Shown: piece after piece, positions 21,586 through 32,320 of the stretch
How positions within the stretch are numbered: the stretch's first letter is position 1
How the letters are laid out: every line of letters starts with the position of its first letter
Virus record (IMG/VR): IMGVR_UViG_3300032087_002549
Source: an uncultured virus (IMG/VR IMGVR_UViG_3300032087_002549)
Lineage: Duplodnaviria > Heunggongvirae > Uroviricota > Caudoviricetes > Crassvirales
Length of the DNA stretch: 64,000 nt
Reading direction: 5' to 3' (one strand)
Program-made: the position numbers and the translations under genes
Notes under the pieces: generated by a model
What the model saw: only the letters and a program-made list of their open reading frames with translations
Databases searched by the model: none
Told to the model about the DNA's origin: nothing

Positions 21586-22761
21586 TTAATAGTTTTTCAA
21601 CTTAAATTTTCGGCTAGAACTGTTATCGCCGCTTATAACTTTAAATTTATTACCACCAACTTTAACAACACCATCAGATGTTTTTCTTCCGTCGACATTG
21701 ATATTCTTTGCCTCAGAAGTTAACTGTTTGACAGCGTCTGCTTTTCCTTGTTGATAAAAATGATTAGCCAAAGCGTCAGCGTTTCGTGCTGCAAACAAAG
21801 ATTTATGATAACCTTTAGCGTCTGATAATAAATTATCTTCATTAATGTATTTGCTAAAAACATTTAGCACATCAGACTGGGCATCCTTTGTTTGTTGCAC
21901 ATCTTTAACGTTGTAACGATACTTTTTTTCTCCAACTTGAAAATCAAAACCTTTGAAGTTCTCATTAAATACTTGATCAGTTTTTTGATTAAAGTGTTTT
22001 TGTTGCTTTGCTGTAAGTTCACTAACCTGAGCTTGCTCTTTATTATAACGGTTAAAAAAGTCAATTGCCTTTTGTTGTTCTGGAGCTAACTTGGAACCCA
22101 ACTTGAGTTCTTTGTAGTATTGTGCTTTCAGACCATCTAAATGGTTTCTTGCTTGTGCAACCGCTTCTTTATGAGCTAACTGTTTGCGTTTTATGTCCCT
22201 TGGGTCATCTGCCTCGTCATCGTAGCTAAAATTGTCTTCCAACATAAAATTAACTTCTTCTGTAGACAAATGAGGTTTTGTAGATTTGTAGTACTCTCGC
22301 AAGAGTGCTTCGTTATCTATATTTGAGTAATCCGCGTTGAGGCGAACATAATCCTCTAACGTTCCACCAGTCTCGTTCATAAACTTTACAAGTTCTTGTA
22401 CGTTTTCTGGTAGTTCCACTTCTGGAGTTTCTTGCTTTGGTTCTTCTTCATCAAGCTTATCAGCTTGTTGTTTATCAACCTTGCTAAGAACATCTTCTGT
22501 TTCTTCTACTTCACCTGTTACTTCTTGAATAATTGATTCTTCTTCTTGTTCAGGTGTATCTTTTACCTCTGTTTTTTCTACAGGGGTAACTTTTTCTTCC
22601 ACTTTTTCTTCAGTGGGTTTAGGAGCGGGTTTACTAAGATCTACTTTATAATCCCCATCTTCGTTTTTATTAGAAGGTGTTTCAACTTTAGTTTCTTCAG
22701 ACTTTACGTCTTCAGACACCTTAGGTTCTACAACTTCTTCTTGTTGTTTTTCATTTTCCAT
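21586..22761 (-). CDS. Probable capsid scaffolding protein
   Basis: 391 aa with very acidic low-complexity N-terminus, between portal and MCP. Confidence 0.6.
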   Translation of the reverse strand: MENEKQQEEVVEPKVSEDVKSEETKVETPSNKNEDGDYKVDLSKPAPKPTEEKVEEKVTPVEKTEVKDTPEQEEESIIQEVTGEVEETEDVLSKVDKQQADKLDEEEPKQETPEVELPENVQELVKFMNETGGTLEDYVRLNADYSNIDNEALLREYYKSTKPHLSTEEVNFMLEDNFSYDDEADDPRDIKRKQLAHKEAVAQARNHLDGLKAQYYKELKLGSKLAPEQQKAIDFFNRYNKEQAQVSELTAKQQKHFNQKTDQVFNENFKGFDFQVGEKKYRYNVKDVQQTKDAQSDVLNVFSKYINEDNLLSDAKGYHKSLFAARNADALANHFYQQGKADAVKQLTSEAKNINVDGRKTSDGVVKVGGNKFKVISGDNSSSRKFKLKNY

Positions 22762-22791
22762 AATAAGATATTATATAATTGTTTAAAAATA

Positions 22792-23142
22792 TTATTTTTT
22801 AGCGTAATACGCTATGATACTTCCAGAGTTGACATTTATTTTGGTATACTGACCAAATATATCAATACCTGCTGGAAAAGAATCACCTACTACTACTTCT
22901 TCTCCTCCAGATCCTTCACTATAAGTTTCAGATCCTGAAGCAGCGTCACCAGCAGCGTCTTCTGTGTTAGCATATCTAGTAGCTTCTTCAGCAACTAATC
23001 CAGTAGTATTACTAAATGTAGTAGCAGCTAAAGTTTTAATAGCTATAAATATATGCCCCGATGGTGGTACTATTGCGTCTCCACCTTTTGAAAATACCGA
23101 TCCAGCTATATTACCTGGATAGTCATTAAATCTCCATGCCAT
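22792..23142 (-). CDS. Small structural protein (hypothetical)
   Basis: 116 aa in head gene block. Confidence 0.5.
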   Translation of the reverse strand: MAWRFNDYPGNIAGSVFSKGGDAIVPPSGHIFIAIKTLAATTFSNTTGLVAEEATRYANTEDAAGDAASGSETYSEGSGGEEVVVGDSFPAGIDIFGQYTKINVNSGSIIAYYAKK

Positions 23143-23153
23143 AATTTTATTAT

Positions 23154-25574
23154 TTATCTTGGTTCAAATTGTTCTAAATCAAATCCACCAAGATTATCAA
23201 AGCCTTTTGACTCAAATTTCTCAGCTGGTAGATCTTTTTTTCTTTGTTCAATCATTCTAGACTGTTGACTAGCTTGTATTCTAGTACGTTCATCTTTACG
23301 ATCTTCTTTATATTGCTCTTTATCTTTAATCACTTGTGAATCCATGTCTTTTAATCTCATATTCAAATTAAACTCATGTTCCATAAGTTCTTTCTTAATT
23401 TCAGCTTCTCTTTCCATTTTTTGAGTACCAAACTGAAACTCTGCTTGAGCTAACTGAACTTTTTGCTCAGTGATTATTTGATTTTTCTGTGCTTCAGCTT
23501 GCGCTGCTTGTTCAGCGGCTTGAGCGTTTGCTTGAGCTTGAGCTTGTATATTTTGTTGAGATATTTGTTGATCTAGCTCCGTCTTTTTTCTTTTTCTTAG
23601 TTTTAATACTTGATTAGCTAATTTTAAATTTCTAACTTCTCTAATATCAATAGCATCTTCTAAGTTTATTTGTTGTTGTTGAAGAGCCATTTGTATATTG
23701 TTTTCTAATCTCTGTTTTTCTTCTTCATCAGGTGATAGTTCTAAAAATATACCAAAGTCATGCAAATGTAATTCTTTAACTTGGTCTAAAGTACCAACGT
23801 TAAATCTACCTAAAGATAAAACAAATTGATTTTTAGTCTTAGAATATTCTAATACATCAGATATTCTTAACGAACAAGCTTCAGCTGTTTTTAATGTTAA
23901 ATATAAACCAGCTTGCAATATATGTCTTGTAGCTGTATTACTATTTGCCGCAGCAATTTTTTGTAAACCAACTAATGAAGCTTTATCTGGAACACTACCG
24001 TCTCTAGCTTCATTAAGCCCAGTCACATCTCTTATCATTTGTAAATAATAATTGTAAGACTGTATTAAAGCATTTATTTTAGCATTACCACCTGATGACT
24101 GTAGTTCTTGTATTGGAATACGACCATTGTTAAAATCACCATCTTGCGTCATTGATCTACCAATTATACTACCAGTTTGGAAATACATGTTTAATGCTTC
24201 TTGTGGATTATAATTAGTACCATTACCTAAATCTATTTCAGCTAAACCATCAGCATCTAAAAATACACCGTCTGGCACAGTTCTTGATAATACTTGTTGC
24301 AGCTTTAAATGTGTCAACTGTATCATATCAGCAAAAGTCATCATACGACTAACTAATGACTCAGGTCTTCCTTTGTACATTCTAGGCGCTACTATATTAT
24401 AACTCATAGCAACCTTAGTAATATCAGACTTAGGTCTAGTCATGTTTTCACATTTCTTCCAGTCTAACATTATATCAAAGTTTAATATTTTTGCTCCTGA
24501 GTATAAAACCTCAATAGCTCTTTCTGCTTTATCAAATCTTGATCTACCATCTTTTGGTGGATTAAACGTATCGTCTTTTTCTAAAGCTTTATCAGCACCA
24601 GATGCCGTTTGTTTTATTTTAAAAGTTTGTTTATTAAAAGTTTTGTATTCAAAATAAAGTATATTTACATAACCTTTGTCAGAAGCGTCTTCTGGGTAAT
24701 AAATATATTTATCGTTATTTTGATTTGAATACTTATCTTCTAAGTCTTTTATTTGTTCTGATGTTAAATCAGGATATTCTTTTATAAGATCTTTTAGTAA
24801 CACTCTTTTTACTTCACCAACATAATATAAGTCCTCAAAATAAGGATCATCACTATATGAATAAACTATATTAGCAGGATCTACGTAATCAATTTTTATA
24901 CCTTCAGCTGTATTAAAACTATTTTTAAGACAAGCTATTCCTAAAACAGTTAAATCATAATCAGCTCTTTTCTTTACAAAATCGTATTTATTTAAAGCCA
25001 TTACGTTATCTAAAGCTTCTTCTTCTGCTATTTCAATAGACTGCTTATAATTTAATTGCATGTGAACAGAAAGCTCTTCATCATTTTGAGGTATCTCTTC
25101 TTGTTTGTTTTTAAATGAGTTTACACCAGTTTGTGCTTGAACAGCAACTTTAAATGATTTAAACTTCATATCTTCTTGCATGTCCTTTATATAGTCTGTT
25201 CTATCTTGAGCAGATACAGGGTCTATTGAAAATGCTTTTATATCGTAAGTTCTTTCTTGTATTCCGTTTACAACAATATCAACAAATTTTGGTATAATAG
25301 GAACAGGCTTCCAGTCTAAATTAAGATAAGACAAATCACCGTTAATAGATAATTCATCTTTATATTTTTGAATAGATTGCTCTCCTCTTGCATATAATCT
25401 TAGTTCGTGGTATTTTTGCTGAGTGTCATAGTAACGATCTGTACCACGGTCACTTTTAAACCACTCTTGCTCTATAGCTTGAGCAACCTGCTTGCCATAT
25501 TCCATGCTAGACTTCTCTAAATCAGGCACTGCCTGACTTGGGAAACTAGATTTTTTTACTTTTGTTTTAATCAT
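23154..25574 (-). CDS. Portal protein
   Basis: 806 aa directly after TerL. PIIPKFVDIVVNG motif and Gln-rich C-terminal coiled coil. Confidence 0.8.
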   Translation of the reverse strand: MIKTKVKKSSFPSQAVPDLEKSSMEYGKQVAQAIEQEWFKSDRGTDRYYDTQQKYHELRLYARGEQSIQKYKDELSINGDLSYLNLDWKPVPIIPKFVDIVVNGIQERTYDIKAFSIDPVSAQDRTDYIKDMQEDMKFKSFKVAVQAQTGVNSFKNKQEEIPQNDEELSVHMQLNYKQSIEIAEEEALDNVMALNKYDFVKKRADYDLTVLGIACLKNSFNTAEGIKIDYVDPANIVYSYSDDPYFEDLYYVGEVKRVLLKDLIKEYPDLTSEQIKDLEDKYSNQNNDKYIYYPEDASDKGYVNILYFEYKTFNKQTFKIKQTASGADKALEKDDTFNPPKDGRSRFDKAERAIEVLYSGAKILNFDIMLDWKKCENMTRPKSDITKVAMSYNIVAPRMYKGRPESLVSRMMTFADMIQLTHLKLQQVLSRTVPDGVFLDADGLAEIDLGNGTNYNPQEALNMYFQTGSIIGRSMTQDGDFNNGRIPIQELQSSGGNAKINALIQSYNYYLQMIRDVTGLNEARDGSVPDKASLVGLQKIAAANSNTATRHILQAGLYLTLKTAEACSLRISDVLEYSKTKNQFVLSLGRFNVGTLDQVKELHLHDFGIFLELSPDEEEKQRLENNIQMALQQQQINLEDAIDIREVRNLKLANQVLKLRKRKKTELDQQISQQNIQAQAQANAQAAEQAAQAEAQKNQIITEQKVQLAQAEFQFGTQKMEREAEIKKELMEHEFNLNMRLKDMDSQVIKDKEQYKEDRKDERTRIQASQQSRMIEQRKKDLPAEKFESKGFDNLGGFDLEQFEPR

Positions 25575-27777
25575 TATTTATCATTTTTGATAACATACCT
25601 TTATTGTTATATTTTGAAAAACCAAAATTTAATTTTGAATTTTCTTTTAGTGGACTAGGTCTATATAAATTTTTATTACAAGCCATTATAGCTAAACCCG
25701 AACTAATAGCAGCATCAAACTTTGTTCTGTTATTAATATCAAATCTAGCCCAATCATTTAAAGTTTCATTAAATGATATATTACCATATTGTCCTTCTTG
25801 TGTTAAACCCACGTGTTGCTGTATATAACTTTCAATAGCTGCAGCATGAGCCTGCTTGATGTCTTCACTAGAGTTAGGTATTCCACCTACCTCTTTTTCA
25901 GCTGTTGATAATTTGTTCCATATTTTATCAGGTCTGTTCATTGAATAACCTCTATAACCTCTACGCTTTAAATAATATAAAAGCCTTGGTTTGTTATTTT
26001 CTGCAAGTAACGGCATGCCATAAAATACTAATGCCATTAATACATCTTCAAAAAACATTTCAGCTGTTTCTGGTCTTGCTACATATTCTAAAAAAAATGT
26101 ATTAGGTGGTGCATCTTCCATGCTAAACTTAGTTAGCCCGTGCAAAGCACCTTTAGAACCTCTTTTATCTACTGTTCCTGATATATCATAACTATCACAA
26201 CCAAAAGCACCTATATGCTCATTTGCTGGTAGTTTTTTACCATTTTTTAATATGTATCTATTTTGCAAGTTCATTGGTGGTACCCAAGATAAATTAAACC
26301 TACCGTTTTGATCTGGATAAAATCTAACATTTGTATCTTTAATACCGTTTTCCCAAACAAAACTACCTTTTATAGGTTTTGCTTGCGTTTCATTATAGTC
26401 TATTTGTTCGTATATTTTTACTAAATTAAATATACTACTTTTAGTTTCATCTCTGAAAGCATGTTCTTCAGTTCTTGGAAACTGTCTATAATATTCATTT
26501 AAAGCGTCTTGATCATTTTTTAACCCATCCGCTTCATTTTGCCAGTGCGAAATAACTCCAGTATCAATGACATCATTATGAGGACCGTATACTTCTGTTT
26601 CTGGATTTTCAAATACAGGTATCCCGTATTCATCAATAAAACCTTCATAGTTCCACTCCATTGGAATAAAAAAAGAGTACAGACCCGAATTAGTTTGGCC
26701 ATTTCTGTTTCGTTTAGTAACATCTGAATTATAATATAACTTTTTAAAATTACCACCACCTTTGTCTAACGCGTTACACGTTGATCCCATCATACATTTT
26801 CCTATAATTCTACTACCTAATCGTAAAGTAGTTTTAGTTACACGCCAGTTATTTAATATATTATCTGGTCTTTCCCATTTACCAGATTCATCATGTACTA
26901 GTAATTTAAGCTTTTCACCATCATAACTGTTATCACCTGTGTTTTTCCAGTCTATTGTTGTATCAAGACCTGTTAATTGTTCAGGTTTATCGTTGCTTGT
27001 TATTTTTCTTCTTGTAAGCTTTGAAGCTGGTACTCTATAAGCTAACTCTGTTTTTGGTCGATCCATACCGTCTTGAATCGGTTTAAAGAAAAAAGGATAA
27101 TTAACTGATATAGGTACAACTTTATCTGTAAACATCTTTTTAGCATCAGCACCAGACTTAGATAATATACCAAATCTTGCATCTGATGATATTGTAGCTA
27201 AGTTAACTGTTTCGCCAGAAGCCATGAAAGAAAAACCAGATCGTCTGTTTTTTAAATAACACATACCGTAACATCTGTTATCTGCTTTACAAGCTTCCCA
27301 AAATATAAAAAACAATCTATTTGCTTCTCTAAAATCAGGCTTACCTACATCTATTTTAGACCACTGAAGATACATATAATGAGTACCGCTAATATAAGTA
27401 GCAACACTCTTGTTATAAAACCAAAAACCTTCATCTCTTCTTTTAAACTCATCTTCTATGTAGTCTATATATTTTTCTTTGAAATTAGCAGGATAATCTC
27501 TCCAGTCAAATATTGTTTTTATTTGATTTAATTCTTTTGGGTATGGAGTTACCTGCCATTTATTTTTTTCAAACTTATGTACTTTAGCTGGTTGTTTAGG
27601 TAATGCTATTTTAAGGTTTTGTATTTCGTAAACATCACCTATAGTGCCATCTTTAGATATAACAACAACATCGTGTTCTTTATTATATCCATACTTCCAT
27701 TTCTTACCTTTATTTAATCTTTTGATAGTATTTTCACGTATAGGTTTTATAACCTTGCATAAACCTTGAGAATACAT
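25567..27777 (-). CDS. terL: Terminase large subunit
   Basis: 736 aa. KNRRSGFS Walker A-like, LLVHDESGKW Walker B, MMGST motif, nuclease motifs GCDSYD and FDAAISSG. Confidence 0.85.
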   Translation of the reverse strand: MYSQGLCKVIKPIRENTIKRLNKGKKWKYGYNKEHDVVVISKDGTIGDVYEIQNLKIALPKQPAKVHKFEKNKWQVTPYPKELNQIKTIFDWRDYPANFKEKYIDYIEDEFKRRDEGFWFYNKSVATYISGTHYMYLQWSKIDVGKPDFREANRLFFIFWEACKADNRCYGMCYLKNRRSGFSFMASGETVNLATISSDARFGILSKSGADAKKMFTDKVVPISVNYPFFFKPIQDGMDRPKTELAYRVPASKLTRRKITSNDKPEQLTGLDTTIDWKNTGDNSYDGEKLKLLVHDESGKWERPDNILNNWRVTKTTLRLGSRIIGKCMMGSTCNALDKGGGNFKKLYYNSDVTKRNRNGQTNSGLYSFFIPMEWNYEGFIDEYGIPVFENPETEVYGPHNDVIDTGVISHWQNEADGLKNDQDALNEYYRQFPRTEEHAFRDETKSSIFNLVKIYEQIDYNETQAKPIKGSFVWENGIKDTNVRFYPDQNGRFNLSWVPPMNLQNRYILKNGKKLPANEHIGAFGCDSYDISGTVDKRGSKGALHGLTKFSMEDAPPNTFFLEYVARPETAEMFFEDVLMALVFYGMPLLAENNKPRLLYYLKRRGYRGYSMNRPDKIWNKLSTAEKEVGGIPNSSEDIKQAHAAAIESYIQQHVGLTQEGQYGNISFNETLNDWARFDINNRTKFDAAISSGLAIMACNKNLYRPSPLKENSKLNFGFSKYNNKGMLSKMINND

Positions 27778-28049
27778 TATTTAGATCTTCTTTCCGCAAA
27801 ACCACTAAAAGATTCTTGCTTATTTTCTTTTACAACACCATCTAACATAGCTTGTTCAGCCTCAATGCGATTAAGTATTTCAAAAGCATCAAATATAGCT
27901 AACTTTTTAGTTGCTGCAGCGTTTTTAAGTCTATCAGCAGAAACATCATCTTCTGTTTCAACTATAGGTTCTTTAGCTACTTTAACTAATTCATCAACTG
28001 CTCTGTAACCAGCTTGGATTATATTCTTTTTCTTTTCCTCTGTACTCAT
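27777..28049 (-). CDS. Small protein upstream of TerL (possible terminase small subunit)
   Basis: About 90 aa, helical, coupled to TerL. Confidence 0.4.
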   Translation of the reverse strand: MSTEEKKKNIIQAGYRAVDELVKVAKEPIVETEDDVSADRLKNAAATKKLAIFDAFEILNRIEAEQAMLDGVVKENKQESFSGFAERRSK

Positions 28050-28572
28050 ATTTAATTTCAATAAAAATGTTTGGAACTCTGTATAATCTTTCTTTGTTTA
28101 TAACAAACTCATATTCAGCTGCTGAATTATAACCTACTAGTTCACCTTTTTTAAAACTACCGTCAGAATATTTAACAATACCTATTTGATCAGCTTCTGA
28201 TCCATCTTTTTTTTGAATAGGTTTTATAAATGAATAACCAGGTAAGGCTTTCCATTCTACTGTTTTTTTGTAAGCAAATACTTGATTGATACTAACCTTG
28301 TATAAATCTTTTTTTATATAACTGCTAGAATTACGCTCTTTGCCTCTAGCATCATGCCATCTTCTAAAAACATTGTGATGTATAATTATTTCATCACCTT
28401 CTTTAATTGGTGTATTAAACTCCGATGGTACACCTACAACAACCGCTTCGCGACTTATGTATTGATGGTTAAATATCTCAGAGTTTAATATAAGTTTTTT
28501 ATCACCAATTTTTTTGATATTGTTATATCTTTCTGTTTTTGGTTTTATTAAAAAATAAAACGTGCCTTTCAT
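27994..28572 (-). CDS. GroES-like (co-chaperonin fold) protein
   Basis: FLIKP...AVVVGVP...IKEGDEIIIH, with a second similar half FIKP...GIVKY...KGELVGY. Confidence 0.5.
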   Translation of the reverse strand: MKGTFYFLIKPKTERYNNIKKIGDKKLILNSEIFNHQYISREAVVVGVPSEFNTPIKEGDEIIIHHNVFRRWHDARGKERNSSSYIKKDLYKVSINQVFAYKKTVEWKALPGYSFIKPIQKKDGSEADQIGIVKYSDGSFKKGELVGYNSAAEYEFVINKERLYRVPNIFIEIKYEYRGKEKEYNPSWLQSS

Positions 28573-28790
28573 TAATATTCTAGATTATATTCAACTGATA
28601 TAGCCATGTTTTTATTGAAATCTTTCCAAGGTAAAACCTCTTTGTTTTTTTCAATTAAAACACTAAACTTGTCATGAGATTCTACTATATCACATATTAT
28701 GTGGTTACCGTAAACTTCTTGACCAACTGAATAATGCATCGCGTCGTTCTTATAGTCTCTACCTACGCTAATTTTTCTTATTAGTTTCAT
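28572..28790 (-). CDS. Hypothetical protein
   Basis: Start at MKLIRKISVG, coupled to neighbours. Confidence 0.55.
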   Translation of the reverse strand: MKLIRKISVGRDYKNDAMHYSVGQEVYGNHIICDIVESHDKFSVLIEKNKEVLPWKDFNKNMAISVEYNLEY

Positions 28791-29007
28791 CGTTGATTTC
28801 TCCAGTGTTAACATTAATGTTTACAGCACCATACTTTTTTTCAAGTTTTTGCTGAAACAATTTAACTTCTTGATTAAAATTATTAAATTGACTAATTAGT
28901 CCTATTTTTGTAATTTCTAATTCACCAATTCTTATCTGAACTCTATTGAGCTTACTTATATGCTCTTGTAGTTCTGTTAATTCTTTTTTTGCTATTTTTT
29001 TTGCCAT
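28768..29007 (-). CDS. Small coiled-coil protein
   Basis: 79 aa heptad pattern ending KYGAVNINVNTGEI. Confidence 0.55.
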   Translation of the reverse strand: MAKKIAKKELTELQEHISKLNRVQIRIGELEITKIGLISQFNNFNQEVKLFQQKLEKKYGAVNINVNTGEINDETNKKN

Positions 29008-29057
29008 TTTATTAAATTTTAGTTTTCTTTTATATTATCACGCAATTGTCACGCTTT

Positions 29058-29951
29058 TTACTTCTTTTTTGGTTCAGCTATAAACCAGTCTTTGTACATT
29101 TCTCGTTTTTTAAGTATGTATTCTAAGTATTTATCTATTTTTTCTTTCCAATTTTTGTCTACAGCTGGGTTTATAATACCAGACTTTGGACTTGAAAAAC
29201 ATTTATTGATATAATTCTTAATATCATGCTGATTATCAAGCAAATGATTGTTAATACAGTAAAAAGATCCCATTTGTATGTTATTCCAAACATCAATAGG
29301 TTCTATTTTTTTACCTAAAACAGCCGCATATATCATGCTTTCACTAATGTGAGTTGTATATACGTTATTTGCTTTTTGCAGATAATAATACATATCTATA
29401 TCCCTTGGTAATATATTGCTATCGCCAAAAAAGTCCTTTAATTCACCAATAATTTGATGTGTTGTTATAGGATGTGGCTTAAAATACATGTTATTACCAT
29501 GTTTATTTGCTAAAAATTTTAATCTATTCAAGCAAATATTAGATTTTACTTTATTTGAACCAGGTAATATAACAATATTATCTTTCGGTTTGTATTGATC
29601 AAACTTAGAGTTTCTATCTTGATACTTATTTGCGTTTTTACTCATAACATTTTCAATCAAATAAGATGAGTAATCAACAACTTCGCAGTCGTCAGCGTAA
29701 GCGTCAATCATTTGAGCATACCTAAGCTTTGTGTTTAAAGGTTGCATGTAAAAACTAGTAGCAAACTCAGTGTATGCTAAAGTTTTAAAATAAGGCATTT
29801 CATCAGCCATAACGTCATAGCTAAACTCAATACCAGCCTCAGTACATTTTCTTATAAAGTATCCTTCTACTTGTTCTAAATCTTCAAGTTTTTTATTTTT
29901 TTTGAGATGGCCAATTCTTTTGTCCAACTCACGTCTGTTAAACATTTCCAT
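29058..29951 (-). CDS. GT-B glycosyltransferase, KpsS/KpsC (CMP-Kdo/CMP-ulosonate transferase)-like
   Basis: IVILPGSN...YFKPHP...NVYTTHISESMIYAAVLGKKI matches the K.HP and V.T..S.....A...GK.V pattern of KpsS/KpsC and sialyltransferase-like enzymes. Confidence 0.55.
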   Translation of the reverse strand: MEMFNRRELDKRIGHLKKNKKLEDLEQVEGYFIRKCTEAGIEFSYDVMADEMPYFKTLAYTEFATSFYMQPLNTKLRYAQMIDAYADDCEVVDYSSYLIENVMSKNANKYQDRNSKFDQYKPKDNIVILPGSNKVKSNICLNRLKFLANKHGNNMYFKPHPITTHQIIGELKDFFGDSNILPRDIDMYYYLQKANNVYTTHISESMIYAAVLGKKIEPIDVWNNIQMGSFYCINNHLLDNQHDIKNYINKCFSSPKSGIINPAVDKNWKEKIDKYLEYILKKREMYKDWFIAEPKKK

Positions 29952-30004
29952 ATTATTAAATTTAATTTATTAGTATTATAATAGTTACACGTTTTTACGC
30001 TTTT

Positions 30005-32320
30005 CTACCTTTCAAACGATACGTCACCTAATTGACCGTAATTACCAGGATCACCGTCATACCAGTTTGTATTAGTTTCAAATGTAGTAGTAGTACTCGT
30101 ATTAAACACTGTAGTTGTGTTAAATGTTGTAGTTGTACTTCTTGTAGTGTTAAAAGTTGTGGTTGTAGCAGTACTTGTACTAAACGTAGTTGTGGTACTT
30201 CTTGTAGTATTAAACGTAGTTGTAGTATTTTTTGATGTACTAACTGTTGTAGTTTTACTAGTGTTAAAAGTAGTACTTGTAGTTGTGTTAAAAGTCGTAG
30301 TCGTATTAGTACTAGTGTTATAAGTAGTAGTTGTAGACTTAGTTGTATTGAAAGTAGTCGTTGTACTCTTACTTGTACTAACAGTTGTTGTTCTACTAGT
30401 ATTAAATGTCGTAGTTGTAGCGGTATTAAACGTGGTAGTAGTGTTAGTACTCGTATTAAATACCGTTGTCGTGCTCTTAGACGTGTTAAATACTGTAGTT
30501 GTGCTCTTAGATGTACTAACCGTAGTCGTTCTACTTGTGTTAAACGTTGTAGTAGTACTAGTATTAAACGTTGTTGTAGTCGCAGTACTAGTATTGAAAG
30601 TTGTAGACGTTGATCTAGTAGTATTAAATGTAGTCGTTGTTGATCTAGATGTACTTACCGTAGTAGTACGGCTCGTGTTAAACGTAGTTGTTGTACTAGT
30701 ATTAAATGTAGTGGTTGTACTCTTAGACGTATTATAAACAGTGGTAGTTGACTTACTTGTAGATACTGTAGTAGTTTTAGACGTATTAAACGTAGTCGTA
30801 GTAGACGTATTAAATGTAGTCGTTGTACTTTTAGATGTATTATAAACAGTAGTAGTTGACTTATTTGTAGACACCGTTGTAGCTCTAGATGTGTTAAACG
30901 TAGTTGTGGTAGATGTATTAAACGTAGTAGTTGTTGACTTACTAGTATTGTATGTAGTAGTTGTGTTTCTACTAGTTGATACCGTGGTTGTACGACTAGT
31001 ATTAAACGTAGTAGTAGTGCTAGTATTAAAAGTTGTCGTAGTGCTCTTACTAGTATTAAATGTAGTTGTAGTATTTCTAGACGTTGAAACGGTTGTAGTT
31101 CTACTTGTATTAAACGTTGTTAATGTTGTTGTGTTAAACGTGGTAGTCGTCGACTTACTTGTATTAAACGTTGTTGTAGTGTTTCTACTAGTGCTAACAG
31201 TTGTAGTACGACTAGTATTAAACGTAGTTGTCGTAGAGGTATTATACACAGTAACTGTTGCTGTAGTTGTATTAAAAGTAGTTGTTGTAGACCTAGTAGT
31301 ATTAAACGTAGTTTCAGTTGTTCTAGTAGTACTAACAGTTGTTGTTCTACTAGTGTTAAATGTTGTTAATGTTGTTGTGTTAAACGTTGTCGTGGTAGAC
31401 TTAGTAGTGTTATACGTAGTTGTAGTTGATCTACTAGTACTAATAGTTGTTGCTCTACTTGTTGATGTAGTTGTACTAGTATTAAACGTTGTAGTCGTAT
31501 TTTTACTAGTATTAAACGTAGTTGTTGTGTTAAACGTAGTCAACGTAGTAGTATTAAATGTAGTGGTAGTACTTCTACTAGTGCTAACAGTAGTGTTTCT
31601 TGACTCAATTGTACTTTTACTCGTGTTAAACGTAGTTGTTGTATTAGTACTAGTGTTATAAGTTGTATTTCTACTAGTTTGCGTAGTTGTACTAGTATTA
31701 AACGTTGTAGTCGTGTTATATGCTGTAATTGTATTAAACGTAGTAGTTGTATTAAATGTCGTAGTTGTGTTAAACGTAGTAGTTGTATTTGTACTAGTAT
31801 TGTAAAACGTTGTTGTGTTAGTAGCTGTACTAGTATTGTAACTAGTCAATCTACTTGTAGCAGTTGCGAAAGTAGTAGTAGTTGTTGTACTTCTTGATGT
31901 GCTCCACGTTGTGTTAAACGTAGTAGTTGTATTAAACGTTGTGGTTGTACTTTTAGATGTTGCAGTTGCTGTACTAGTATTAAAATAAGTTGTATCGTCA
32001 AATAAAGTATGAGGTCTTTCTGTATTTGTAGTTCTAGTTGTATTAAACGTTGTGGTTGTAGATGTATTGAAAGTTGTAACTGTACTAGTTTGGTATGTAG
32101 TAGTTGTGTTAAATATCGTTGTAGTATTTGTTGCTCTAGATGTACTTACGGTAGTATTTGTACTAGTGTTAAAAGTAGTGGTTGTACTAGTATTAAACAC
32201 AGTAATTCTATTAGTTAATCTATTAGTTGACGTAGATCTACTTGTGTTATACGTAGTTGTAGTAGCTGCTCCTTCAGAGGTAACGCGAGATGTTAGAAAA
32301 ACTGTAGTAGTATTAGGCAT
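30005..32320 (-). CDS. Thr/Ser-rich tandem-repeat protein (771 aa)
   Basis: Almost wholly units such as STTTTFNT, SRTTTVST and SKSTTTTFNT, with diversified codons and no signal peptide. Confidence 0.8.
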   Translation of the reverse strand: MPNTTTVFLTSRVTSEGAATTTTYNTSRSTSTNRLTNRITVFNTSTTTTFNTSTNTTVSTSRATNTTTIFNTTTTYQTSTVTTFNTSTTTTFNTTRTTNTERPHTLFDDTTYFNTSTATATSKSTTTTFNTTTTFNTTWSTSRSTTTTTTFATATSRLTSYNTSTATNTTTFYNTSTNTTTTFNTTTTFNTTTTFNTITAYNTTTTFNTSTTTQTSRNTTYNTSTNTTTTFNTSKSTIESRNTTVSTSRSTTTTFNTTTLTTFNTTTTFNTSKNTTTTFNTSTTTSTSRATTISTSRSTTTTYNTTKSTTTTFNTTTLTTFNTSRTTTVSTTRTTETTFNTTRSTTTTFNTTTATVTVYNTSTTTTFNTSRTTTVSTSRNTTTTFNTSKSTTTTFNTTTLTTFNTSRTTTVSTSRNTTTTFNTSKSTTTTFNTSTTTTFNTSRTTTVSTSRNTTTTYNTSKSTTTTFNTSTTTTFNTSRATTVSTNKSTTTVYNTSKSTTTTFNTSTTTTFNTSKTTTVSTSKSTTTVYNTSKSTTTTFNTSTTTTFNTSRTTTVSTSRSTTTTFNTTRSTSTTFNTSTATTTTFNTSTTTTFNTSRTTTVSTSKSTTTVFNTSKSTTTVFNTSTNTTTTFNTATTTTFNTSRTTTVSTSKSTTTTFNTTKSTTTTYNTSTNTTTTFNTTTSTTFNTSKTTTVSTSKNTTTTFNTTRSTTTTFSTSTATTTTFNTTRSTTTTFNTTTVFNTSTTTTFETNTNWYDGDPGNYGQLGDVSFER

